The notes beneath the pieces were generated by a model. That model searched no databases, was not told where the DNA came from, and saw nothing but the letters and a program-made list of their open reading frames with translations. From a virus, in the UHGV virus genome UHGV-0390076: a stretch of 40,692 nucleotides of DNA; one strand, 5' to 3'. The translations under genes were made by a program, and so were the position numbers. Shown here one piece after another: positions 26,816-37,768 of the stretch (the first letter of the stretch is position 1; the number at the start of each line of letters is the position of its first letter).

Positions 26816-28168
26816 ATGGCAGTAGCAAGTATCGTTGATTATTTAAAAAGCCGGGGCATGGACAGCTCCTTTAATGCAAGAAAAAATCTGGCAAATCAAT
26901 ATGGAATATCAAACTACAGCGGGACAGCCAAGCAGAATACCTCGCTTCTTAAGACCATGCAGCAGCAGTCCCAGCCGAAACAGCAGACTCAACCGGCTTC
27001 CAATGGCCAGAATGTAACGATCACACCTGTTCAGGATTCTAAGGCAGGTAATCCAGCATCCAGTTATCTTACAGACTATACCTATTCCAGATTCCAGAAG
27101 TCAGACCGCACACAGGATTATGCAGACCGTCTGGATGAACTGGAAAATAACCGCCCGGATGAGTATAACAGCAAATATCAGGGAACCATTGACAGCATTA
27201 TAGACAGCATCCTGAACAGGGAGGATTTCAAGACAGATGATGTGTATGAAAGCGATCTGTATAAGAATTACAGGGATCAGTACATACAGCAGGGGCAGAA
27301 GGCTATGAGGGATACCATGGGAGCCGCACAGGCAGCCACAGGCGGCTATGGATCCACTTATGCATCCGCAGTAGGGCAGCAGGCGTATGACAGCTATATG
27401 AGCCAACTGAGCGATAAGAGCCTGGACATTTATGACCGGGTATACCAGCAGTACCTTAATGAGGGACAGGAGCTGTATAACCGTCTGAACATGGTCAATA
27501 ATCAGGACAGCATTGATTATGGACGGTATAGGGATACAGTGAGTGATTATTATAATGACCTTAATTATTACGCCGGGCGGTATGACAGTTCGTATAATCA
27601 GGACTTTGGGGAGTATCAGACGGATCTTTCTGCAAAGCAGTGGGCGGAACAGTATGCTTACCAGAAAACCCAGGATGCACTTGCACAGCAGAACTGGCAG
27701 ACACAGTTTGATTACCAGAAGGAGCAGGATGCTTTACAGCTGGATTTGCAGAGGCAGCAGCTGGAGCTTCAGAGGCAGAACGCAGCCAGGAGATCTTCGG
27801 GGGGATCTGGGGGAAGTAAGAAAAAAAGCAGTAATAATGCATATCTTACAAAAGCTAAAAACATGCTGAATGGTACAGATGGAAATGATACGCACAAATA
27901 TCAGAGTGCTACGGTATCAAAATATTTGAGTAAACAATATGGTTTATCAAAAGAAGAGGCAGAATATATAACTTCTCAGGCAAGTGATGACTTAAGAGAG
28001 ACGTCAAATAAAAATATTGATAAATATTATAAATATGCTCAGAATTATGCAGATGATACCGGAGCAGATGGAGATGCATTATTTGAATATTTAAATCGTT
28101 TCTATCAAAATGGTTCAATCAGTAAAGAAGATGCAGATGAAATTTTCCGCAGAATGGGAATGGATTAA
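26816..28168 (+). CDS. Q/Y/D-rich protein with an N-terminal Cpl-7-like (CW_7) wall-binding-type motif
   Basis: N-terminus SIVDYLKSRG...R..LANQYGISNYSGTAKQNTSLL resembles the CW_7 repeat consensus; remainder is low complexity. Confidence 0.35.
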   Translation: MAVASIVDYLKSRGMDSSFNARKNLANQYGISNYSGTAKQNTSLLKTMQQQSQPKQQTQPASNGQNVTITPVQDSKAGNPASSYLTDYTYSRFQKSDRTQDYADRLDELENNRPDEYNSKYQGTIDSIIDSILNREDFKTDDVYESDLYKNYRDQYIQQGQKAMRDTMGAAQAATGGYGSTYASAVGQQAYDSYMSQLSDKSLDIYDRVYQQYLNEGQELYNRLNMVNNQDSIDYGRYRDTVSDYYNDLNYYAGRYDSSYNQDFGEYQTDLSAKQWAEQYAYQKTQDALAQQNWQTQFDYQKEQDALQLDLQRQQLELQRQNAARRSSGGSGGSKKKSSNNAYLTKAKNMLNGTDGNDTHKYQSATVSKYLSKQYGLSKEEAEYITSQASDDLRETSNKNIDKYYKYAQNYADDTGADGDALFEYLNRFYQNGSISKEDADEIFRRMGMD

Positions 28169-28180
28169 ACGGGAGGATAT

Positions 28181-31100
28181 ATGTCATTTAGCAGCAGACT
28201 AAAAGAGAAGGAAAAAGAGGGCATTAAAGAAAGCCGGGATTATCGTACACGAGGCTCATATGCTGAAAAAACGGAAGGCGCATTCTCAAAACGGATTGCA
28301 CAAAAGGAAAAAGGGAACAATATACAGAAAATACCACAGCCGGAAAAAAGTATTTTTTCAGAAATATCAAAACCGGAGATATCAAAAATTAAATCCATTC
28401 AGCCAGTATCTTCATATTTGTCCGGTTCTGCATCTTCTTCTAATAATATTCCATACGCCGCAGCACATCAGGATCAGAAGATGCATCAGAACATTGAGCA
28501 GAAGACGCAGGATTCAGCTCAGAAAAAGTGGGAAAATGCAAAGAAGCAGTATGAGCTGGATAAAATAGGTTTTCAGTCTGGAAAACGTTTTATCAATTAC
28601 AGTACCATTCCGCAAAGATCAGATTATGAAACTGGAATCAAGGAAGGAATGGATAAACCGAATCTGTTCAGCAATGAGATATACGGTCTGATGGATTATC
28701 TTGATCCAGAAAAGAGAGAAGTTTCCAAAGCGAGTAAATATAACTTCACCCGCATGAATGAGGATGAAAAGAATATATACTATTATCTGAATGGAAGATT
28801 CGGGGCAGAGGCAGCTGGAAACTATATTAAGTCGATCAACAGGGAGCTGAATGAAAGAAATATAGAGGCTGTAGTGGGGAGTGCAAAAGAACTGGGGAAA
28901 GAGCATCCGGTATTTTCTTCTGTTCTGGATGCGGCTATTGCTCCGGTTACAGCGGGAGCATATCCGGCTGTGCTTGCTGGACAGGCAGCAAATACAATTA
29001 GCGGGAAATATGAACCAATGGATCCAAATGATAAGTATTTAGGGCAGGCTGCCATATTGGAAGGCTTGCGTGCTGGCGTTGCGGAAAACGAGGGGATTAA
29101 GAATGTAATCCCCAATCAAACCGCCCGTGAGTTCCTAGTAGGGACGGGAATGTCCATAGGTGAAAATATAGCCCGTCTGCCATTTGGAGCATACGGCCTT
29201 GCGGCGGCAGCCGGAAGTGCCGGCCTGTCAGGGACACGGGATGCAGCTGAAAGAGGGGGAACAACCGGACAGGCTGTAGCCTCAGGTGCAGTTAATGCGG
29301 CGGCAGAGGCGTTTTTTGAAAAATTCTCTCTGGATGGACTGGAACGGTTTAAGGTATCACCGGGCAGAGGCGTTAAGGAGTTCCTTAAAAATGTGGGGAA
29401 ACAGGCTATTACAGAAGGATCAGAAGAGACAGCAACGGAAATTGTCAATACATTATCGGATGCTGTGATTATGAAGGAACTCTCTCAGTACAATCAGGCA
29501 TACCAGGAGTATAAGAAAGCTGGTGCAGATGATGGGACTGCAAAGAGGGAGGCTTTTATGGGTCTACTGAAAAATGTAGGGCTGGCAGGTCTGGGCGGTG
29601 CCATATCCGGCGGGATTATGGGCGGAGGAAGTCAGGCTCTGGGAAATGTAGGTCTCAGCTATTATGGCAGTAAGATTGATCAGGATTACAGAGACTACGC
29701 AGATTCGATAGATACAGATCCGGCGTATTATGTCCGCCTGGAGGATGCCAGGGAAGCACAGGAATTACAAAGGACAGCTCAGGAATACGCAGAATTACAG
29801 CGCCAGGGCAGGTATGTGCCGAACCGGGATAAGGCAGAATATGATATCCGTATGAATCGGTTCATGGATAATTTACAGACCCGCTCACAGGAGCCCGTAC
29901 GCCCTCAGGATACAGTTGAAGTACCTATGGATGATAAAACTACCGTTGAGCCTGAAATAACCAGTACAGAGCCAGTAAATCGTCAGCTTGCGGAAAACCA
30001 TGTGATGTCGGAAACAGTATCAAAAGTAAACAAAAGCGTATCAAAATCACAGGAAAGTATCTCTCAATCCACACAGCCTGTACAGTCACAGACAACGGAG
30101 GATATAAAACAAAGCGGGGCTTATAAAGGCGCTTATGGAAAATATGGGAGAGAGGCGCTGTTGGATACCTATGACGGAACGGTAGAGGTATCGGTGTATA
30201 ATAAAGCCTTTGGTCGCGCCTATGATGCCGGATACCATAACATGGACCTGGACATGGCAGAACATTCCGCCATTATGTCTGTATTGACAGATAAGCAGAT
30301 CAAAGCAGCATATCGGGCAGGTATACAGGATTATAATGCTGATAATAAGGTGATTCCTCAGTATACACAGGGGGAAGCCAGAAATGGCGGTCTTGGCAGT
30401 GTGTCAGAGCTGGCAGGACAGGATCAGCGCAGAGTAGCAGACTATATAGGAAAAAAGACCGGGCTTAAAATCAATCTGATAGACAGCATGGAGGATGGAG
30501 CCACAGCATCCTATAAAAGCGGTGAGATTACCATAGATGTAGGCTCAAAAGACTTCAATGGAGCTATGTCTCATGAATTAACGCATTTCATCAAGGAACA
30601 GGTCCCAAAAGCATATGAAGCCTATCAGACCACTGTAGTAGAGGCGGAAATGAAAGCCTCCGGCAGATCATGGGAAGATTTGATAGAATCCTATGAAAGA
30701 AGATACGCAGAAGCAGGACAGGAGCTAACACGTCAGGAGGTCATTGAGGAGATTGTGGCAGATGCTACACAGAAATTTTTTAATGATCCCCAATTTATTG
30801 ATGCCGTAATTAAAAAGGATAAAAAGCTTGCCCAGCGCATTATAGATTTCCTTACAGATATAGTGGATTCAATTAAGAACTTAATCCAGACCGGAAGCAC
30901 CAGAGCAGCAGCTAAGAATCTGGAGGAAAATGCGAAGCTGTATGAAGAAGCACGTGATATTTGGATGTATGGGCTGGAAAAGGCAGGAGAAAGTTATAAG
31001 AGCGGACAGAGCAGGGAACGCTCTTCTGTGCCATCAACATCAGAAAAACAGTCAGAGGTAGAAAGTAGTGGTATAATCTTGAAGGATGTCCGCTTTCAGT

Positions 31101-34100
31101 TGGATGATATAGACGAAACTGATGAAAACAGGATAGAGGCATTAATCTATGCCAATAAATCTTTACAGGAGGCTTATGATCTTCTGGAACAGCAGTTTAA
31201 GCTTACATCAAAAGATGCGGTTCGTTTGGAAGATATTCGAAAAGTATCGAAAGAATTTCTTAAAAAATATAACAGTAAATATTCTCAGGAAATTCTGGAA
31301 AAGAATCTTTCTAAATTGTATTCTTATATCCGAGGTTCTGATCAAATAGATGGAAAAGCTGTTACGGAAGCAGCCACAAGTATTGCCAAAAGTATTCTAA
31401 AGCAATCACAGCAGATGGATACAGAACTGACAGAGCAATACCGTGATTTTCGTAAACAGATCCGTGATACTAAGATATCAATCACGGATCAGGATAAGGC
31501 AGATCTGGCGGCAGTAGGAGGATATAATAGCTTCAGAAAACAGTATTTTGGAAAAATGAAGTTGGGGAAAGACGGTATTTCTGTTGATTCTCTCTATCAG
31601 GAATTACAGTCACAGTATCCGGAATTATTCCCGGAAGATATTACTCATCCAGCAGACGAGTTAATAGCCATTGCTTCCGCTCTGGATCAGACAGAACCAC
31701 AGGTTAAAAATCCATACCATGCTGATATGGATGAAATGTCCTATATACTCGGTCAGGATATTATGCAGGCATATTTTGATGTTAGAAGTCCCAGAGCCAC
31801 ATTTGCGGATAAAAAAGAAGCCCAGCTTCAAAAAGTACGTTGGCAGTATCAGCAAAAGATGAGAGGATATAAGGATGACTTGAAAAAACAGTATCAAGAT
31901 GCTTTGGATCAAGTACGTAAAGAAAAGATAGAAGAAAGTGAGCGGTTGGCAGAGTCATATAGAAACCTGGCAGAGGCAGAACGCCAGGAGATGAAGGATT
32001 ATTATAAATCCAAAATGGAGAGGGTCAGGAATGAAAAATGGCAGGCCATAGATGCGATAACGAGGAAGCATCAAATTAAAACCAAATCAATGAGAGACCG
32101 GCAGCAGGCACAATATGATAAAAAGATTATCTTGAAGGAAATAAAGCGGTTGCAGAATTGGCTTTTGAAACCTACAGATAGCCGTCATATTCCGGAAGGG
32201 CTGCGTACTTATGTGGCAGAGTTCCTGAATAATATTGATTACTCAACGAATGATCGAACTCTCATGGTAAAAATAGGTGACGATCTGGTTGAATCAACAA
32301 TTAAGAGCCAGAGAACCAGAGCATGGGAAGAGGTTCAGGGCTTTTTTAGGGAAATATTAGACCATGGTGGTGTATATGAAGATCCTCAGACCGGAGCAAC
32401 TACTGCTGTAGAAGTAGATCCGGACATGGTAAGCAAATTAAAAGACTTGATTCAAAAAACCAAGGATATAGATAAGCTGGATGATCTTGATGCATATACG
32501 ATGAGAGAGCTGAAAGAGACTGTATATTCTATGAAAAAAATGATTATGGAAGTAAATTCTCTTAAAAGCAATCAGAAATCAAGAGAAGTCAGCCAACTGG
32601 CAGAGGGAATATTTGAGGATCTTTCGAAGCGTGGGGACAGAACAGAATATTCTGGAGCCGTTTTCGGTACAGGTGATAAAATGCTGAATTATGATATGCT
32701 GGATCCTCAGACAATGTTTGGGCTGATGGGAAACAATATGAAGTCACTGTATGATTCTCTGCGTACTGGTCTGGATAAGAAGACTTTAAAATTAAAAGAG
32801 GCCCAGGATTATATTCACGGTATATTGAAGGAGCAGGAAATAACGCCAAGACAGTTAAGGGAGTGGACTGGCCCAGATGCTAAACGAAAGGTTTTTGAGA
32901 CATCTGGAGGAACGATTGAATTAAGTGTGGCAGAGGTAATGTCATTATACGAATTAGATAAGCGGAATCAGGCGAAAGGTCATATGTATGATAAAAATGG
33001 GGGAATTAAACGCGAACCCAAGTCACAGAAGGCTGGTATAAAAGGAAAAAGACTTGAGCCAGCTAAAATAGTGAAAAATTATCGAACAGTGAAGGTAAAG
33101 CCTGCGGATGTAATTAAAATCACCAGTAGTTTAACAGAGGAACAAAAGATTTTGGCAGATGCTATGCAGCGCTTTATGGGGGATCAGTGCGCAGCCTGGG
33201 GAAATGAAGTTACAATGGATATGTACGGATACCAGAAGTTTACAGCTAGAAATTATTTTCCTATAGTAACGGACCGTGATTATATATCTACCAAACAGGG
33301 AGAGGCACAGAACCAAAAGACAACTATTAAAAACATGGGAATTACCAAGAGCACCACACCACACGCTCATAATCCGATCATTATACAAGATATCTTTGAT
33401 GTATATACGCAGCAGGTGGATAAAATGAGCACATATAATGCTTACGTGATCCCTCTGTCGGATCTTAATAAGGTGTTTAATTATCGGGATGCAAGAGATA
33501 CTGTGGGAAGAATCAGCATAAAAGAAGAAATTGATCGGGCATTTGGAAAAAAAGGAAATGCATACATTGATAGGCTGGTACAAGATATCAATGGAGGAAT
33601 TATACAGGATCAAGGGATAACAGATAATCTTGTAGCGGCTTGGAAAACATCGGCAATAGCAGGGAATTTAAGGGTGGCAATACAGCAGCCTACGGCGATA
33701 CTGAGAGCCATGTCGGAAATAAATCCAAAGTATTTGCTACGCGGAATAATAACAAATACAAGGAAGGGGCAGTGGAGGCAAATGACTAACTATGCCCCGA
33801 TTGTGCTGTGGAAGGATTGGGGATTCTACAAAATGGATACTAGCCGTCAAATGAAGGAAGTGATCTTTGATACAGATTCTCTGTTGCATCGGATTAACAA
33901 TGTAGCTATGATTCCGGCAGAAATGGGGGACAAAATTGCATGGAATAGGATATGGAGGGCCTGTGAATTTGAGTGTATGGATAAGCATAAGGAATTAAAA
34001 GAAGGAAGTGAGGAGTTTTACCAAGAGGTTGGACGGCGCTTTGGAGAAATCATTGATAGAACTCAGGTAGTTGATTCGGTATTACATCGAACACAAATTA

Positions 34101-35464
34101 TGCGTAGCCAAAATGCAGCAGTAAAGATGGCTACCAGTTTCATGGCAGAACCATTAAAAAGTTATGATATGTTATATCGTGCCTATGCAAGCGTAAAATA
34201 TAAAACTCCAGGAGCTTCAAAAGCGGCAGCAGCAGCAACAGGGGCCTATGTGATTTCCACAGTGGCTACTGCGTTGGCTGCTTCTGTGATGGATGCAATG
34301 AGGGATGATGATAGAGAAAAGGGATTTACAGAAAAGTATGTAGATAACGTAAAAGGAAATCTTATGGAAGCAGCAATGCTGATTAATAATATTCCCTATG
34401 CAAAGGATATCTGGGCTACATTGTCAGGAGATACGCCTGTACGTTCCGACATGGCAGGTATACAGGATCTTGCATATGCCATACGAGAAATCGGAAAATA
34501 TAAAAAGGGGAGCAGCAAATATACCCCTCAGTATGTAGCACTGTATGCCATGGAACATGTATCTAAAACATTTGGAACTCCCTTAGGAAATGTGATTAGG
34601 GACGTTAGATCCATAGCAGATACTATAGTACATGCGAGTGATAGAAGAGAGCAGGATTACTTGTGGATAAAAAATAAGTATAGCATGAAAAATCAAGCAA
34701 ATTTGTCATTATATACAGGGATGATGATTGAGGCCCAGAGAGCAGGAGATTTGGAGTTTCAAAGCAAGGTAAAACGCGATCTTAATAAGGCAGGAATCGA
34801 AAATGATAAAATCATATCCAGAATAAATGCATTAATTAAGGAAGAATTGGTGACAGATGAATATGTAGACCCACGCATTGATGCAGCAGCACAGGCCAGA
34901 ATTGCATTTGACACAGAAGCTTATAAGACCGCAGTGGAACAGTTAAAACAGGAGGGGTATGCAGAAAAAATGATAAGCTCTGCGGTAGGTACCAGGATAA
35001 AGGAACTCACAGGAAAAGAGGAAATTGACTGGGAGGCAGAGGCTGAGACAGCGGCAGATACCCTGTATGATGATATTCTGGGTAATGATGCAGATTTGGA
35101 AAATGATAAGGAAAAGGTTACCTATAAACCCAGTTATAGCAGCACGGATATTATACGGTCAGTGGAAGAAATAAAAGAAGGGGATATAAATTCCCTGAAA
35201 GCTTTCAACGTAGTGGCAGAGGATTATTATGAAACTAAAAAGAAGAATGGAGTGAAGAAGAAAGAAGCCATTGGAGATTTAAGATCCATTATAACCCGTA
35301 AATATAAGAAGGAATGGATATCAGCTTACAATTCCGGAAACACCGCAGCGTGTGAAGCAATCCAGAACAGATTAAAACATCTTAAGATGAACGGGAGCTA
35401 TCTGTATAGTGGGAAAGATTGGGCAGACTGGCGGAAGGAAGCTAAAGAGAAGAAAGAAGATTAG
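28181..35464 (+). CDS. giant 2427-aa protein with a Gly/Ala-rich hydrophobic region, an HEXXH zincin-like motif and long helical regions (virion-associated ejection or polyvalent protein?)
   Basis: Uninterrupted 7.3-kb ORF; HELTH at about residue 800; A/G-rich hydrophobic segments at residues ~240-500. Confidence 0.6.
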   Translation: MSFSSRLKEKEKEGIKESRDYRTRGSYAEKTEGAFSKRIAQKEKGNNIQKIPQPEKSIFSEISKPEISKIKSIQPVSSYLSGSASSSNNIPYAAAHQDQKMHQNIEQKTQDSAQKKWENAKKQYELDKIGFQSGKRFINYSTIPQRSDYETGIKEGMDKPNLFSNEIYGLMDYLDPEKREVSKASKYNFTRMNEDEKNIYYYLNGRFGAEAAGNYIKSINRELNERNIEAVVGSAKELGKEHPVFSSVLDAAIAPVTAGAYPAVLAGQAANTISGKYEPMDPNDKYLGQAAILEGLRAGVAENEGIKNVIPNQTAREFLVGTGMSIGENIARLPFGAYGLAAAAGSAGLSGTRDAAERGGTTGQAVASGAVNAAAEAFFEKFSLDGLERFKVSPGRGVKEFLKNVGKQAITEGSEETATEIVNTLSDAVIMKELSQYNQAYQEYKKAGADDGTAKREAFMGLLKNVGLAGLGGAISGGIMGGGSQALGNVGLSYYGSKIDQDYRDYADSIDTDPAYYVRLEDAREAQELQRTAQEYAELQRQGRYVPNRDKAEYDIRMNRFMDNLQTRSQEPVRPQDTVEVPMDDKTTVEPEITSTEPVNRQLAENHVMSETVSKVNKSVSKSQESISQSTQPVQSQTTEDIKQSGAYKGAYGKYGREALLDTYDGTVEVSVYNKAFGRAYDAGYHNMDLDMAEHSAIMSVLTDKQIKAAYRAGIQDYNADNKVIPQYTQGEARNGGLGSVSELAGQDQRRVADYIGKKTGLKINLIDSMEDGATASYKSGEITIDVGSKDFNGAMSHELTHFIKEQVPKAYEAYQTTVVEAEMKASGRSWEDLIESYERRYAEAGQELTRQEVIEEIVADATQKFFNDPQFIDAVIKKDKKLAQRIIDFLTDIVDSIKNLIQTGSTRAAAKNLEENAKLYEEARDIWMYGLEKAGESYKSGQSRERSSVPSTSEKQSEVESSGIILKDVRFQLDDIDETDENRIEALIYANKSLQEAYDLLEQQFKLTSKDAVRLEDIRKVSKEFLKKYNSKYSQEILEKNLSKLYSYIRGSDQIDGKAVTEAATSIAKSILKQSQQMDTELTEQYRDFRKQIRDTKISITDQDKADLAAVGGYNSFRKQYFGKMKLGKDGISVDSLYQELQSQYPELFPEDITHPADELIAIASALDQTEPQVKNPYHADMDEMSYILGQDIMQAYFDVRSPRATFADKKEAQLQKVRWQYQQKMRGYKDDLKKQYQDALDQVRKEKIEESERLAESYRNLAEAERQEMKDYYKSKMERVRNEKWQAIDAITRKHQIKTKSMRDRQQAQYDKKIILKEIKRLQNWLLKPTDSRHIPEGLRTYVAEFLNNIDYSTNDRTLMVKIGDDLVESTIKSQRTRAWEEVQGFFREILDHGGVYEDPQTGATTAVEVDPDMVSKLKDLIQKTKDIDKLDDLDAYTMRELKETVYSMKKMIMEVNSLKSNQKSREVSQLAEGIFEDLSKRGDRTEYSGAVFGTGDKMLNYDMLDPQTMFGLMGNNMKSLYDSLRTGLDKKTLKLKEAQDYIHGILKEQEITPRQLREWTGPDAKRKVFETSGGTIELSVAEVMSLYELDKRNQAKGHMYDKNGGIKREPKSQKAGIKGKRLEPAKIVKNYRTVKVKPADVIKITSSLTEEQKILADAMQRFMGDQCAAWGNEVTMDMYGYQKFTARNYFPIVTDRDYISTKQGEAQNQKTTIKNMGITKSTTPHAHNPIIIQDIFDVYTQQVDKMSTYNAYVIPLSDLNKVFNYRDARDTVGRISIKEEIDRAFGKKGNAYIDRLVQDINGGIIQDQGITDNLVAAWKTSAIAGNLRVAIQQPTAILRAMSEINPKYLLRGIITNTRKGQWRQMTNYAPIVLWKDWGFYKMDTSRQMKEVIFDTDSLLHRINNVAMIPAEMGDKIAWNRIWRACEFECMDKHKELKEGSEEFYQEVGRRFGEIIDRTQVVDSVLHRTQIMRSQNAAVKMATSFMAEPLKSYDMLYRAYASVKYKTPGASKAAAAATGAYVISTVATALAASVMDAMRDDDREKGFTEKYVDNVKGNLMEAAMLINNIPYAKDIWATLSGDTPVRSDMAGIQDLAYAIREIGKYKKGSSKYTPQYVALYAMEHVSKTFGTPLGNVIRDVRSIADTIVHASDRREQDYLWIKNKYSMKNQANLSLYTGMMIEAQRAGDLEFQSKVKRDLNKAGIENDKIISRINALIKEELVTDEYVDPRIDAAAQARIAFDTEAYKTAVEQLKQEGYAEKMISSAVGTRIKELTGKEEIDWEAEAETAADTLYDDILGNDADLENDKEKVTYKPSYSSTDIIRSVEEIKEGDINSLKAFNVVAEDYYETKKKNGVKKKEAIGDLRSIITRKYKKEWISAYNSGNTAACEAIQNRLKHLKMNGSYLYSGKDWADWRKEAKEKKED

Positions 35465-35538
35465 TAGAACCGGCAGCGTTGAATGATACGCTGCCAGTTT
35501 TTTAACAAAATAGCAATATTTTTGGTGAAAGATTATCT

Positions 35539-35799
35539 GTGGAATCAACATCAACATCTGTATCAGATATTCAGCAATGGATTATCAGTAATATAAAAAG
35601 CGGACTGAAATATTTGAATGTTTTCAATGATAAGTCAACTGTCTTTGCTGGTGAACAAGGAAATTTTAATATTATTGTATTTGGACAAAATTCCAATGAA
35701 GCAACAATGATTATTATCAATCATTGGAATGCACACATATGGGCTGTATCGTGTGGTACAGATTTAGGAACTTGGAAATGGATGCAATTATATAAATAA
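35539..35799 (+). CDS. hypothetical protein (86 aa) in a low-GC segment
   Basis: ORF. Confidence 0.35.
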   Translation: MESTSTSVSDIQQWIISNIKSGLKYLNVFNDKSTVFAGEQGNFNIIVFGQNSNEATMIIINHWNAHIWAVSCGTDLGTWKWMQLYK

Positions 35800-36093
35800 T
35801 TATTTCCAGCTTAATGAAGTGATGGGTTCAGAGTTCCACCCGCCCCAAATATACTGCTGTTTATTACTGTCAACAATTTCTATTGACGTAAATAGTCCCA
35901 TATTTTTTATAGTAAGAAGCCCTGTGCCAATCATTGCATCTGGAATATTTTGTACCGTGTCTTTGCTGATTAAATAAACTTTTTGAGTGTTCATATCAAG
36001 GGATTGATTTCTAAGATTATTGATATCACCAGTAAACTGTACGGCAGTTAAACCATTTTTAATAGCTTCGATATTGCTATTTTGCTCAGTAAA
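35800..36093 (-). pseudogene. 5'-truncated paralogue of the 18278-18511 small ORF (no start codon upstream of the shared TEQNS segment)
   Basis: - strand frame open from 36093 to 35800 with an in-frame stop at 36094-36096; shares a 19-nt identity and a GDIN motif with the 18278-18511 ORF. Confidence 0.35.
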
Positions 36094-36166
36094 TCAAATA
36101 CGCACTTACAATAAGGCTGACCAAACCGAAAGAGGGTATGAGCCAAGGGCAAAGCCCCGGAGAGCC

Positions 36167-37684
36167 TTATTTTACAAGGTTTTCCGGGGCTTTCATCATG
36201 TAATAATACACATCAATATGGTTCTGTTCTTTATCATATATAATTTTGTCAATGATACTTTTAAGGGCTGAGTTCTTTTCCGAAACGCTGAATTTATCAG
36301 AATGCAGGATATCCAGCACATTAGATATCCGGTCTAACATCACTGTATCGTCATATCCTTTTTGCGGTAAGTCCTCCAGCTGTGAGATACGTTCGGTCAG
36401 CTCTTCACGTTCCCTGTTCAGCAGTTCTTTATTTTTTCGATAATCCTCTTTTGTGTCAATTCCTTCCATATAGGCTTCTCTGGCCCGCAGTTCTTTCTGA
36501 TCCACCCGTTCCAGACGGCGTTTCAAAGATTGAATTTCATCCTGTGATTGATCCTGTATTGAATCCGTCTGTTTCAGGTCATACTTGACAGTACCGCAGG
36601 CCAGAGCTTCTTCCAGAGCATTCAAAACAGCAGGCACAAGGGATTCTGCACGAACATAACAGTTATGATAACATTTTCCTTTCAGGTATCCGCCGCACTG
36701 AAAAGAAAATGTATCTGGAAGGCTTTTTCGGTGCATCACGCAGGATGAAAGGGAACGGCCACAGGAAGGACACTTTACCAGTCCGGCCAGCCAATGTTTG
36801 GTGACTTCACTGGGTTTTGCATTTCTGGGTTTATATTCGCTCTTCCAACGGGCCTGAGCTTTTTCATACAGTTCCTTGCTTATAATAGCCGGATGGTGGC
36901 CGGAACGCACGATCCATTCAGATGGATCGCGGATTTCCTTTGTTGTATTGTTGCACCGGTTCCATCGAATATCCCCGGCATAGGCGGGGTTTTGCAGGAT
37001 ATACTCCAGACTGCGCTTTTCAAAAAGTTTTCCATGACTGGTTTTAAATCCGTGGCTGTTAAGATATTTGGTTAAGGCAAAAATACTCATCCCATTGACA
37101 TATTTTTCAAAGATAAGCCGTACAATTTCAGCCTCCTCCGGTACAATTTCCGGGGTAGCTTTATGATATGGGATACGATATCCCAGCGGAGGCCTGCACT
37201 GATATGAACCGCGCAGGGCATTTTCGGTCATTCCGCGGGTAACATCTCCAGAAAGCCGAATGGAATAAAATTCATCCATCCATTCAATGATTCTTTCAAT
37301 CAGACCGCCGAATGGACCTTCAATCAGAGGCTCAGAGATACTGACAACATCCACATGGCATTTATTCCGGAGCATGGATTTATAGACGATACTTTCCTCC
37401 TGATTGCGGGCAAAACGAGAAAATTTCCATACCAAAATTACATCAAAGGGATGGGAACTTAGTTTTGCAGCAGAGATCATCTGCTGGAATTTGGGACGTT
37501 TGTCTGCGCGCCGACCGGATATTCCATTTTCCATGTAGATGTGTTCCGGAGGAACAACCATATTGTGATTCCTGGCATATTCTAATAGCAGCCGCTTTTG
37601 AGAATCCGGGGAAAGTTCTTCCTGCTTGTCCGTGGATACCCGGATGTAGAGGGCAGCAGTTTTCAAAACATTTTCATGCATCAT
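36167..37684 (-). CDS. large serine recombinase (integrase)
   Basis: N-terminal resolvase catalytic motif YIRVSTDKQ; recombinase and zinc-ribbon/coiled-coil C-terminal regions; 505 aa. Confidence 0.9.
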   Translation of the reverse strand: MMHENVLKTAALYIRVSTDKQEELSPDSQKRLLLEYARNHNMVVPPEHIYMENGISGRRADKRPKFQQMISAAKLSSHPFDVILVWKFSRFARNQEESIVYKSMLRNKCHVDVVSISEPLIEGPFGGLIERIIEWMDEFYSIRLSGDVTRGMTENALRGSYQCRPPLGYRIPYHKATPEIVPEEAEIVRLIFEKYVNGMSIFALTKYLNSHGFKTSHGKLFEKRSLEYILQNPAYAGDIRWNRCNNTTKEIRDPSEWIVRSGHHPAIISKELYEKAQARWKSEYKPRNAKPSEVTKHWLAGLVKCPSCGRSLSSCVMHRKSLPDTFSFQCGGYLKGKCYHNCYVRAESLVPAVLNALEEALACGTVKYDLKQTDSIQDQSQDEIQSLKRRLERVDQKELRAREAYMEGIDTKEDYRKNKELLNREREELTERISQLEDLPQKGYDDTVMLDRISNVLDILHSDKFSVSEKNSALKSIIDKIIYDKEQNHIDVYYYMMKAPENLVK

Positions 37685-37734
37685 ATCATCTCCTGTGTCA
37701 ATCTATATGATTTTTAGGTACAAAAAATACGCCC

Positions 37735-37763
37735 CTTGCCAGAACGTACCGAAAATGATATAA
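37735..37763 (+). promoter_or_regulatory. sigma-70-type promoter (TTGCCA, 17-nt spacer, TATAAT) reading rightward between int and hicB
   Basis: -35 at 37735-37740 and -10 at 37758-37763, read directly. Confidence 0.55.
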
Positions 37764-37768
37764 TGCAG

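Noticed and set aside
28260-29468. Several 60-110-aa ORFs in other frames inside the giant gene (for example 28260-28568 + and 29116-29448 -)
   Set aside because: They are embedded in a continuous 7.3-kb reading frame and have no start signals; treated as frame shadows.
28181-35464. Giant ORF called as a conventional tape-measure protein
   Set aside because: No preceding major-tail or chaperone-frameshift pair, and it carries an HEXXH motif. Left as an open alternative rather than the call.
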